DNA of 64,000 bases from Candidatus Multivorans sp. (GTDB lineage Bacteria > Acidobacteriota > Thermoanaerobaculia > Multivoradales > Multivoraceae): positions 2,912,001 to 2,976,000 of the forward strand of contig OZ245033.1 in the NCBI GenBank assembly GCA_965224025.1, given 5' to 3'. Shown in pieces: positions 19,398 to 28,674 of the stretch. How positions within the stretch are numbered: position 1 is the first letter of the stretch; every line of letters begins with the position of its first letter. The notes beneath the pieces are model-generated. The model was not told the DNA's origin, did not search any database, and saw only the letters and a list, made by a program, of their open reading frames with translations. Position numbers and translations under genes: made by a program.

Positions 19398-21638
19398 ATG
19401 TGGGCGGTGGTGGCGGTGTACGGCTTGCTGGCCCTCGTCGCCCCGGCCGCGTCGGCGGCCGCTGCTCATCAGGACGGTTCGGGCGGGCCGACGCGGACGG
19501 CGGTCGTGACTACCGTGACGGCGCCGATCCTCATCGACGGCGTCCTCGACGAGACCGCATGGGAATCGTCGCCGAAGATCGGCAACCTGGTGCAACGCAT
19601 ACCGACGGAGGGCGCCGAGCCGAGCGAGAGGACGGAGGTCACGCTGCTTCGCGACGCGGACAACCTCTACATCGGGGTGCTGTGCCATGACTCCGAACCG
19701 CACAGGGTCCTCGCTTCGCAGATGGCCCGCGACGCGTCCCTGGGCCCCGACGACAGCATCGAGCTGCTGCTCGACACCTTTCGCGATCAGAGCAACGCCT
19801 TCTACTTTTCGACGAACCCGAACGGCGCTCTGGTGGACGGTCTGGTGTTCGCGAACGGAGAGACGAACGAAGACTGGGATGCAATCTGGACGGTCGCGAC
19901 GCGGCGCTCGGATCAGGGCTGGAGCGCGGAGTTCGCGATTCCCTTCAAGAGCCTGAACTTTCCCCCGGAAGGGACGGTCTGGGGATTCAACATCAGCCGC
20001 CAGATCCAGCGGAAGTTCGAGGAGGTCCGCTGGGCGGGCGCCCGCTTCGACGCGCAGTTCTTCCAGGTTTCGGAGGCGGGCGAGATCACCGGCATGGGAG
20101 GCCTCGAGCAGGGTCTCAGCCTGGATATCCGGCCTTTCGTCGCGGGCCGCTGGGATCACGGCGCCGCCAGCGGCGACGACAGCCTGCGCGGCAAGCCGGG
20201 GCTCGATCTGTTCTACAACCCGACCCCCAATCTGAAGCTGACCGCCACCTTCAACACGGACTTCGGCGAGACGGAAGTCGACGCACGCCAGATCAACCTG
20301 ACTCGCTTCTCGATCTTCTTTCCCGAGAAGCGGTCGTTCTTCCTGCAGGATGCCGGCGTCTTCAACTTCGCCACCACCGGGGTCGGTCAGCCGGGAGGAA
20401 TCCCCGACACGGGAGCGGAGATCTTCCCGTTCTTCAGCCGCCGGATCGGTCTGCTGGGAGGACGGGAAGTACCGCTGGACTACGGGGTCAAGCTGACCGG
20501 CAGGGTGGGCCGAACCGAGGTCGGCGTCCTCAACGTGGGCACGCGTGACACCTCATTCGTCGAAGACCAGAGCCTGTTCGTGGGGCGGGTCCGGCAGAAC
20601 TTCTGGCAGCAGTCCTACGTCGGCGCTCTCCTCACCAGCGGCAATCCGGCTCTCCCGGCTGACGCCAGCACGATGGGTGTGGACCTGCGCCTGGCCACCT
20701 CCGATGTCCTGGGCAGCGGCCGGAACTTCGTCTTCAACGCCTGGGGTCTCCAGAGCGACAACGAAGGGGTTTCGGAGGAAGGCACTGCCGGCAACGACGC
20801 GGCCTTCGGCTTCGCGGCGGCGTTTCCCAACGACAAGTTCGACGCCCAGGTTCAATGGCGCGAGATCCAGGAGAACTTCGATCCGGCGCTCGGTTTCATT
20901 CAGCGACGCAACGTCCGCATGTTGCGGCTCGGCGCCAGCTTCAACCCGCGGCCGAAGAACCAGTGGCTGGGCATCCAGCAGATGTACCACGACATCTTCT
21001 ACACGGAGTTCACGCGGCTCGACAACGGCTTGGTCGAGAGCCGGGACTTCTACTTCACGATTGTCGACTGGCATTTCCAGTCGGGGGACTCGCTGCACAG
21101 CCTGTTCGACGTGAACCTCAGATACGAGCGCCTGTTCGAGCCGTTCGAGATCTCTCCGGGCGTGGTCCTCCCGCCGGGCGAGTACGACTTCACGCCGCTT
21201 CGGATCTTCTTCAGTTCGGCGCAGAAGCGCAGGCTCCAGGGGAGCTTCGGAGTTACCTTCGGCAGCTTCTGGTCGGGAGACGCCGAGACGTACAGCGCGG
21301 GCCTGAGATACTCCGCGCCGCCACGGTTGACGATTCGAGTGAACACGAGCCAGACCTTCGCGCGCCTGCCGCAGGGTGACTTCGTCGCCAGGATTCACCG
21401 GGCGGAGGTCAACTACGCCGTCTCGCCCAGGCTGTCCTTCGCGAACGTGATCCAGTTCGACAACCGTTCGGGCAATCTCGGTTTCCAGGGCCGGGTGCGC
21501 TGGACCCTCGAACCGGGTAACGACATCTTCTTCATCTTCGGCCAGGGCTGGGTGCAGGAACTCGGCGAGCGTGGTTCCGACTTCCGGCGGCAGGACTCGA
21601 GGCTGGCCGCGAAGGCGCAGTACACGTTCCGGCTCTGA
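19398..21638 (+). CDS. CBM9-like / DUF5916 domain outer-membrane protein
   Basis: IDGVLDETAW, LLDTFRDQ, WSAEFAIPFKSL, NTDFGETEVD, FFPEKRSFFLQ, FFSRRIGL; ends KAQYTFRL. Confidence 0.82.
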   Translation: MWAVVAVYGLLALVAPAASAAAAHQDGSGGPTRTAVVTTVTAPILIDGVLDETAWESSPKIGNLVQRIPTEGAEPSERTEVTLLRDADNLYIGVLCHDSEPHRVLASQMARDASLGPDDSIELLLDTFRDQSNAFYFSTNPNGALVDGLVFANGETNEDWDAIWTVATRRSDQGWSAEFAIPFKSLNFPPEGTVWGFNISRQIQRKFEEVRWAGARFDAQFFQVSEAGEITGMGGLEQGLSLDIRPFVAGRWDHGAASGDDSLRGKPGLDLFYNPTPNLKLTATFNTDFGETEVDARQINLTRFSIFFPEKRSFFLQDAGVFNFATTGVGQPGGIPDTGAEIFPFFSRRIGLLGGREVPLDYGVKLTGRVGRTEVGVLNVGTRDTSFVEDQSLFVGRVRQNFWQQSYVGALLTSGNPALPADASTMGVDLRLATSDVLGSGRNFVFNAWGLQSDNEGVSEEGTAGNDAAFGFAAAFPNDKFDAQVQWREIQENFDPALGFIQRRNVRMLRLGASFNPRPKNQWLGIQQMYHDIFYTEFTRLDNGLVESRDFYFTIVDWHFQSGDSLHSLFDVNLRYERLFEPFEISPGVVLPPGEYDFTPLRIFFSSAQKRRLQGSFGVTFGSFWSGDAETYSAGLRYSAPPRLTIRVNTSQTFARLPQGDFVARIHRAEVNYAVSPRLSFANVIQFDNRSGNLGFQGRVRWTLEPGNDIFFIFGQGWVQELGERGSDFRRQDSRLAAKAQYTFRL

Positions 21639-21700
21639 GGCGGCGGGAATGAGAACGGGCCGCCGGTGGCTCGTGACGAGTCAGCAGCCACACCCGTCCT

Positions 21701-21724
21701 GTTGTCCACTGAACAGTTGACAAC
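21701..21724. promoter_or_regulatory. Imperfect palindrome upstream of the ATPase pair (possible operator)
   Basis: gttgtccactg-aa-cagttgacaac, 10 of 11 pairs; contains TTGACA. Confidence 0.4.
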
Positions 21725-21784
21725 GAATCTGTTGTGTGGTCTCATCTCCTGCATGTTCCACCGCAACTACGGAGCGCCCGAACC

Positions 21785-23027
21785 ATGAGATCGTCGACAG
21801 GACGTTGGGTATCTGGTGCCGACTTCTTCGGCCGCGAGGCCGAACTCCGTCAACTCAACACCTTGGTCAGGGAACGCAACCACGTCCTCCTGACCGGCCA
21901 GCGCCGTATGGGCAAGAACCAGTATCGTGCGCGAGCTTGGGCAACGTCTCGAGGCTGATGGTTGGCTCTTCCTCTTCGTGGACCTCGAGGGTGCAGGCAG
22001 CCCGGAAGACGCGGTGGCTGACATGGCGCAGGCCGTCTATGCGCACGCCGACGTCGCGCGTCGCTTTGCAGCCGGTGCCGGCCGTTGGTTTCGCCACCGG
22101 TTTGAGGAGGCTGGCGCGGCGGGCTTCCGTTTTCGCGTTCGGGCCGGCCTTGACGCGGGCAGTTGGCGTCGTCATGGCGAACGCCTGTTTCGAGAGTGCG
22201 GCCGTCACGACCGCTCAGTGTTTCTTGCACTCGACGAACTGCCCATCTTTCTCAAGCGCATGTGGCGTCAGGACGGTGGCCCGAGGCGTGTCGATGAGTT
22301 CCTCAGTTGGCTCCGCGGTGTGTTGCAGTCGATGGGCGACGGCGCCCCAGTACTTCTTGTATCGGGGTCGATTGGGCTGGAGCCTCTCCTACGCAAGATC
22401 GGGCTTCCGGACCGGATCAACCACCTCTACGCCGTCCGCCTGCCCCCGTGGGATCGCGATACCAGTATCGCCTGCCTTGAGCGTCTCGCCGAAAGCCATG
22501 ACCTCGACCTGGAGCACGGCGTCGCGGCAGCCGCGTACGAGGCCCTCGGCGTCGGTGTTCCTCACCACGTTCAGGGCTTCTTCGCCCGCCTGCGGGACTT
22601 CGCGACGATCAATGGGCGCCGCAGCGTGACGGTGGCCGATGTCCACACGGTTTACCGGAACGACGTTCTGGGCCCGTCGGGTCAGGCGGACCTGATGCAC
22701 TATGAGACCCGTCTCAAAGAGGCACTCGACGACGAGACCTTCGGCCTCGCCATGGAAATCCTGGCTGAAGCCGCCACACAGGGCACGTTCACACCGTCAG
22801 CGCGCTCCCGCCTGGTGCTTCTGTACTCCAAAGTCGTCGATGACGCCCAGGCGCGGGTCGCCGAGGCGCTGGACGTGCTCGACCACGACGGCTACCTCGA
22901 GCCGACCGCGGCCGGCTACCGGTTTCGACTCCGTCTTCTGCGGGACTGGTGGGTGGCTCGCTTTCGGGACCACCATGTGCCCCTCGAACAGCGAGCCGGA
23001 AGTGATTCCTCCGCCGCAGCTGCGTGA
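21785..23027 (+). CDS. P-loop AAA/STAND-like ATP-binding protein (frameshifted in Walker A)
   Basis: FFGREAEL...GQRRMGK. One extra A at ~21917; removing it gives GKTSIVREL. Walker B FLALDELP, LLVSGSIGL, C-terminal wHTH-like LDHDGYL. Confidence 0.75.
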
Positions 23028-25666
23028 TGAAGAGGCGCACCTCGGCCGTCGAAGACCGCCTGCCGACGATCCGTCGGTTCAACCCCGCGGTGCTTCAGTC
23101 CGATCAGGCTGTCATCAACCAGTTCGTCGTTCGGCACCACGAACTGTCCATCGCGTTGGATGTGCTGCGAGGCAACATCGAAGTCCCGTCATCCCAGCAC
23201 GCGCTCGTCGTGGGGCCCCGCGGTCGAGGAAAGACCATGCTCCTCGCCCGCGTCGCGGCGGAGATACGTACTGATGCGGCTCTGTCACAACACCTGATGG
23301 CCGTCCAGTTCATGGAGGAGAACCAGGAGATCTTCAGTTTGGCCGAGTTCTGGCTCGAAACGCTGTTCCAGCTTGCTGGTGCCGTTGCGCCCGGCGATGC
23401 CGCACTGGCCACTGAGTTGAGGGAGAGGCATGCTGCCCTTGCCGGGCGCTGGCGGGATCACGCTCTCGCCGACCTTGCTCGTGCCGCCGTGCTCGATGGG
23501 GCTGACCGTCTTGACCGACGGTTGGTGCTGATGATCGAGAACTTCCAGTCGCTTTGTCGGCAGGCTGACCCCGACTTCGGATGGCAGCTTAGGGAAGTCC
23601 TGCAGTCAGTGCCGGAGGTCATCCTGCTTGGCTCGGCTACAAGCCGCTTCCAAGCACTAGAGGATGTCGAGGAGCCTTTCTTCGAGATGTTCCGCATCGT
23701 AGATCTGAAGCCTCTCGAGACGGATGAGTGCCGGCGCCTTTGGGAGATGGCCCGCGGTGAACGGGTGTTCGCTTCCGATGTCAGGCCGCTCCAAATCCTG
23801 ACCGGAGGGAGCCCGCGCTTTCTCGTCTTCCTGGCTGGCTTCGCCCGTCACAAATCACTGGGAAGTTTGATGGAAGAAGTCGTCACCATCGTCGATCAAC
23901 ACACCGAGTATTTCCGCGGTTATCTAGACAATCTGCCGCGCGGCGAACGCCGGGTCTTCATTGCGCTGATTGACCTCTGGGCGCCTGCCACCGCCGGAGA
24001 AATTGCCGTGCGTGCCCGCATGGACATCCGGGTGGTGTCGACCATGCTGGCGCGGCTCATCAACAGGGGAGCCGTCTTGACGGATCCGAACAGTCCGCGG
24101 CGAGGGCGTCTCTACTCCGCCGCAGAGCCCCTGTACAGCATCTACTACAAGTTGCGTCGCGAACGGGATGGTGCCGCCGTCGTCGAGAGCTTGGTCCATT
24201 TCATGGTGGCCCTCTACGAAGTCGGCTTGTTCTGGCGCCTTCGGAACTCGTTGGCGGCTGAACTCTCCGATTCGGTCTCGCTTCACACCGGCTTCGAAAG
24301 GGCGCTTGAAAGGCGGCCGGCTGATCTCGATCTACCGTGCAGGATGAAGTGGGATGCGGTCGAGGACATCGTCGGGACTGCCCGAAACGATCGGCTTGCT
24401 GACGCCGAGATTCGGCTTGACAAGGAGATCGGCGAAGCCATCGATCGAGGCGCCTGGAAGGAGATCCACTCCGCCATCGACGGCTACGTTGCCGCGGTGC
24501 GGCCATTCAAGAGCGTCGACAACGACCACGACGCTGTCTACTTCGCACACATGCGCACGCTGGCTCACATGAATCTCCACGACTTCGCGAAGGTCATCGA
24601 GATCGCGCAGGAGACCATGGACCGCTTCCGCAACACGCGAAATGTCTTCGTCTGGTTTCGGTCGGCCAGCGTGCTGTTGCACAAGGCCGCCGCTCACCTG
24701 AATCTTGGCGACTATCCGGCTGCAGTTGCCGCAGCGAGTGAACTCATTGAGTGGGTGGCGGATGGTGAGGGCCCTGATGTCGAACGACTTGGCTCGCAAG
24801 CCCAGCTCTATTGGGCGAGAGCCGAAGCGGCTCAGGGCTACATCGGAGCGGCGTTCAGAAGGTTCGAGTCGCTGTTGGAGCGCTTTGGCAGTTCCGCGCA
24901 TGCCGATACGCGGAAGGTCGTCGTCAGGGCATTGCTCCTCTATGCGGAAACCATGCGAAGCGCACGCTGCGACACTCTGCGTATCAGCGCGCTTTACGAA
25001 GAGGCCGTCCACCGTATTGATGCGCTCGGCGTGGAGGAGGTTAGGGAGCTAGCCAGAGATGCCTTCCTGAACGCTGCTCTAGCGCGGGCGGACGTGGGCG
25101 ACTTCAATGGCGAGATACTCGCGTACCGGAAACTCATCGCCGTCTTCGAGTCCAGTGGCGATTCAGCCTTGGATGTCGAGGTGACAGTCGCGCAAGCCCT
25201 CATGAGCATGCGTCAGGCCGAGATGGGGAAAACCGAGCAAGCTCTCGCGGCGGTGCCGTCGCTCCGAGCCCGACTCCGGGCTGCGCCGGACGACATTCGG
25301 AAACGGTTCGAGTGGTGGGCGACCGGCGTCGCAGCAATGGCCAATACTGCGGGGGGTGACGGTGATGCGGCTCGTGAGGCCCTTCGCCGAACCTTCGCAG
25401 CGTTCCGGCCTTGTGACGAGTTGGCGACCCGGTTCATGCTTCGTTTCGTGTCTAACCTGCTGGCTGTCGGCGGCTCCGAATCCGACCTTCTCGACATCCT
25501 TGCCTCGGAACCCAGCGCGCCGGGAAACCTCGCACCGCTGATCGTCGCTCTGCAGCTATCGACCGGCGAGGCAGTCCGCGCCCCTGTAGAGATACTCGCA
25601 GTGGCGTCCGATCTGCGAAAGCAGATCGACGAACGCGCCGCCGAAGGCGGGCTGACGAGTTGGTAG
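23024..25666 (+). CDS. STAND-like ATPase with winged HTH and TPR-like C-terminal repeats
   Basis: QFVVRHHEL, GPRGRGKT, LMIENFQ, TGGSPR, HTH (TAGEIAVRARMDIRVVSTMLARL), then helical repeats. Overlaps the upstream stop codon. Confidence 0.8.
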   Translation: MMKRRTSAVEDRLPTIRRFNPAVLQSDQAVINQFVVRHHELSIALDVLRGNIEVPSSQHALVVGPRGRGKTMLLARVAAEIRTDAALSQHLMAVQFMEENQEIFSLAEFWLETLFQLAGAVAPGDAALATELRERHAALAGRWRDHALADLARAAVLDGADRLDRRLVLMIENFQSLCRQADPDFGWQLREVLQSVPEVILLGSATSRFQALEDVEEPFFEMFRIVDLKPLETDECRRLWEMARGERVFASDVRPLQILTGGSPRFLVFLAGFARHKSLGSLMEEVVTIVDQHTEYFRGYLDNLPRGERRVFIALIDLWAPATAGEIAVRARMDIRVVSTMLARLINRGAVLTDPNSPRRGRLYSAAEPLYSIYYKLRRERDGAAVVESLVHFMVALYEVGLFWRLRNSLAAELSDSVSLHTGFERALERRPADLDLPCRMKWDAVEDIVGTARNDRLADAEIRLDKEIGEAIDRGAWKEIHSAIDGYVAAVRPFKSVDNDHDAVYFAHMRTLAHMNLHDFAKVIEIAQETMDRFRNTRNVFVWFRSASVLLHKAAAHLNLGDYPAAVAAASELIEWVADGEGPDVERLGSQAQLYWARAEAAQGYIGAAFRRFESLLERFGSSAHADTRKVVVRALLLYAETMRSARCDTLRISALYEEAVHRIDALGVEEVRELARDAFLNAALARADVGDFNGEILAYRKLIAVFESSGDSALDVEVTVAQALMSMRQAEMGKTEQALAAVPSLRARLRAAPDDIRKRFEWWATGVAAMANTAGGDGDAAREALRRTFAAFRPCDELATRFMLRFVSNLLAVGGSESDLLDILASEPSAPGNLAPLIVALQLSTGEAVRAPVEILAVASDLRKQIDERAAEGGLTSW

Positions 25667-25811
25667 CCCTCCCGCCTGCGTTCATTGGGCGCCCGCCGTC
25701 CCGCCCTGGCCGGCCGGTCGCCCGATTTTCACCAGCAAGTAAAGCCCATCGCGCCTTGTTGGACGCGCGCGTCACCGCTCTCACTGCGACACGCTCTTCT
25801 GCCATGGGCTG

Positions 25812-27853
25812 CTAGCCGGAACTTCACGGTCGATTTCCGGCGTCGTTTGGCGGCAGATCGTTGATGGCAGTTGGTTTTCGGGCACTTGGGGCTGGTCCAG
25901 GAGCGGGATATTTGTTTACATGCAAATCAGTGCGAACATGTAGATAGATCTATGTATTACCGGTAGGATTCTCGCCACAGCCTGTTTACATGCTGGCTAA
26001 GGCGACATGTCCTTCCGCATCGATGTCATCTCCAACCGCGGCCGCTCGCCGCAGACTCTGCTCCGGCAGTCCTGGCGAGAAGGCAAGCGCGTACGACACA
26101 AGACGGTCGCAAACCTCACCAAGCTCCCGCCGCACGTAGTGGACGGATTCCGCGCCGTGCTCAAGGGCGGCGCCGTCTTCACCGTCATCGACCAGGCCGT
26201 CTCGATCCGAAGGGCCCTCCTGCACGGCCACGTCGCCGCCATCCTCGGCGTCGCCCGGAAGCTCGGACTCCCGCGCATCCTCGACCGCAAGAGCACACGC
26301 CGCGGCAAGCTCGCTCTCGCCGCCGTCGTCGCCCGCATCATCGACCCTGGCTCGAAGCTCTCCACCGCACGGCATCTCTCGCCGGATACGGCCGCCTCGA
26401 GTCTCGGGACCGTCCTCGGACTCGGGCGCGTCACCGGCAACGAGATGCTCGCCATGCTCGACTGGCTTCACTCTCGGCAGCGTCACATCGAAGCCAGTCT
26501 CGCGAGGAGGCATCTCGCCGGAGGCACACTGATCCTCTACGACGTCAGCTCGAGCTTCGTGGAGGGCAGATGCTGCCCGCTCGCCGCCTTCGGCCACAAC
26601 CGGGACGGGAAGAAAGGCAAGAAGCAGATCACCTACGGGCTTCTCTGCAGCGCCGACGGATGCCCAGTGGCCGTCGAGGTGTTCTCCGGCAACGTCAGCG
26701 ACCCGTCCACGGTCAGCGCTCAGGTGCTCAAGCTCCGCAAGCGCTTTCGCATCGAGCGGATCGCGCTCGTCGGGGATCGGGGCATGCTCACCAGCGCGCG
26801 CATCCGCGAGGACGTCGAGCCCGCCGGCCTCGACTGGATATCGGCACTGAAGACGACCGAGATCCGAAAGCTCCTCGTCACGCGAGACCCCGAGGAGAAT
26901 GCCCGGCCGCCGCTTCGCCCGGAGGATCTCGTGGCCGATCAGGTGGCCGAAATCACCAGCCCGGACTTCCCCGGCGAGCGCCTCATGGTCTGCTTGAACC
27001 CGCGTCTGCGTGAAGAACGGGCGCGAAAACGCGAGGACCTGCTTGCAGCAACCGATGCCGCCCTCGCCGAAATCGACGCAAGTGCCCGGAGGCGACGGCC
27101 CGGAGCAAGCAACCGAGACCGCATCCACGCCGCGGTCGGCGAACAGGCCAACCGGTGGAAGGTGCGCAAGCACTTCGACATCGAGGTGCGCGACGACGGA
27201 ATCAGTTGGGAGCGCAAACAGGAGAAGATCGACGCCGAGGCCCGGCTCGACGGCGTCTACATCATACGCACCAGCCTCTCGGGCGCCGCCATCGACGCCG
27301 AGCAGACGGTCGAGGCCTACAAGGCGCTCGCACGCGTTGAACGAGCCTTCCGGGCGATCAAGACCGACCGCCTCCAAGTGCGTCCGATCCATGTCTACGC
27401 GGAGAACCGGGTACGGGCACATGTCTTCCTCTGCATGCTCGCCTGGTACCTGGAATGGCACATGCGCCGCACGCTCGCGCCGCTCCTCTTCGAGGACGAC
27501 GATCCCGAAGGTGCCCGCGCCAAGCGATCCACACCGGTCGAAAAGGCTCGACCGTCCGACAGCGCCAAAAGGAAGACCGCATCCAAAACCACGCCCGACG
27601 GCCTCCCCGTCCAGGCCATGTCCGATCTCCTGAACCACCTCGGAAGCCTGACCCTCAACGAGGTCACCCTCCCAGGTCAGCCCGACAGCCGGTTCATGGT
27701 CACCGCCGAACCGACGCCACTACAGGAAAAGGCCTTCCAACTCCTCAAACTCCCAGCGAAACCCGTGTTTACAGCAGTCTGACACCGCAATCTGGAGATC
27801 CTGCCCGTGTCTACTGCCGCTTCTGCGTCCAGGCCAAGTGAAGTTCCGGCTAG
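25812..27853 (+). mobile_element. IS1634-family insertion sequence
   Basis: Perfect IR ctagccggaacttcac (25812-25827)/gtgaagttccggctag (27838-27853), extendable by 4 bp. No exact target duplication seen. Confidence 0.9.
26007..27782 (+). CDS. IS1634-family DDE transposase
   Basis: KTVANLTKLP, LYDVSSSFVEG, GHNRDGK, VGDRGM, YKALARVERAFR, VRAHVFLCMLA. Confidence 0.92.
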   Translation: MSFRIDVISNRGRSPQTLLRQSWREGKRVRHKTVANLTKLPPHVVDGFRAVLKGGAVFTVIDQAVSIRRALLHGHVAAILGVARKLGLPRILDRKSTRRGKLALAAVVARIIDPGSKLSTARHLSPDTAASSLGTVLGLGRVTGNEMLAMLDWLHSRQRHIEASLARRHLAGGTLILYDVSSSFVEGRCCPLAAFGHNRDGKKGKKQITYGLLCSADGCPVAVEVFSGNVSDPSTVSAQVLKLRKRFRIERIALVGDRGMLTSARIREDVEPAGLDWISALKTTEIRKLLVTRDPEENARPPLRPEDLVADQVAEITSPDFPGERLMVCLNPRLREERARKREDLLAATDAALAEIDASARRRRPGASNRDRIHAAVGEQANRWKVRKHFDIEVRDDGISWERKQEKIDAEARLDGVYIIRTSLSGAAIDAEQTVEAYKALARVERAFRAIKTDRLQVRPIHVYAENRVRAHVFLCMLAWYLEWHMRRTLAPLLFEDDDPEGARAKRSTPVEKARPSDSAKRKTASKTTPDGLPVQAMSDLLNHLGSLTLNEVTLPGQPDSRFMVTAEPTPLQEKAFQLLKLPAKPVFTAV

Positions 27854-27943
27854 CAGCTGGTGCGTGGGTTGGTCGTTCCGAACGCCGGTGTGACAGCATT
27901 CGGAGTGTAGGCACCGGGTAGCCCCAGTCATCGGAGGCAGTTC

Positions 27944-28552
27944 ATGAGCATTCTCACCATCGTGGTTCTGGCCGGTCTGGTCCTCCTCGCCGTCATCTTC
28001 GGTGCGTCGCTGATCGGGACCTTCAACAAGCTCGTCACGCTGAAGAACCGCTACCAGAACGCGTTCGCGCAGATCGAGGTCCAGCTCAAGCGGCGCTACG
28101 ACCTGATCCCGAACATGGTCGAGGTGGCGAAGGGCTACATGAAGCACGAGCGGGAGACCCTGGAGGCGGTGATCCAGGCCCGGAACATGGCCGCCGGCGG
28201 ACTGGAGCAGGCGGCCGCGAACCCAGGCGACGCCGCGGCGATCCAGGGTCTCGCCTCGGCTGAAGGCGTTCTCACCGGCACCCTCGGCCGCCTCTTTGCG
28301 TTGGCTGAGGCCTACCCCGATCTGAAGGCCAACCAGAACATGATGCAGGTGAGCGAAGAGTTGCGCTCGACGGAGAACAAGGTCGCTTTCTCGCGCCAGG
28401 CGTTCAACGACGCCGTGACCGTGTACAACACGTTCAAGCAGAGGTTCCCGGCGGTAATGATCGCCGGGATGTTCGGTCACGGCCAGGATGCGACGCTGCT
28501 GGAGTTCGACAGCGAGGCGATCGCCGAAGCGCCAGAGATTTCGTTCGAGTGA
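27944..28552 (+). CDS. lemA: LemA family protein
   Basis: N-terminal TM helix, QIEVQLKRRYDLIPNMVE, EAYPDLKAN, ENKVAFSRQAFN. Confidence 0.93.
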   Translation: MSILTIVVLAGLVLLAVIFGASLIGTFNKLVTLKNRYQNAFAQIEVQLKRRYDLIPNMVEVAKGYMKHERETLEAVIQARNMAAGGLEQAAANPGDAAAIQGLASAEGVLTGTLGRLFALAEAYPDLKANQNMMQVSEELRSTENKVAFSRQAFNDAVTVYNTFKQRFPAVMIAGMFGHGQDATLLEFDSEAIAEAPEISFE

Positions 28553-28674
28553 GCCGGTTTGGGCGGCGGTCCCGTGCCCGGCGCTCTGTCGCGGATGCGG
28601 GCAAGATGCCCGCGTTCCCAGGGCGGAGGATTCTGCGCTGCTAGAAGCGTCTTCAACACGATCTGGGTAGTGCG

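Noticed and set aside
25986-27638. 550-aa minus-strand ORF inside the IS, and similar long ORFs at 2824-4995, 6228-8477, 42871-45411, 45364-48174, 55276-57312 and 59458-61713
   Set aside because: Antisense shadows of well-supported genes, expected in high-GC DNA.
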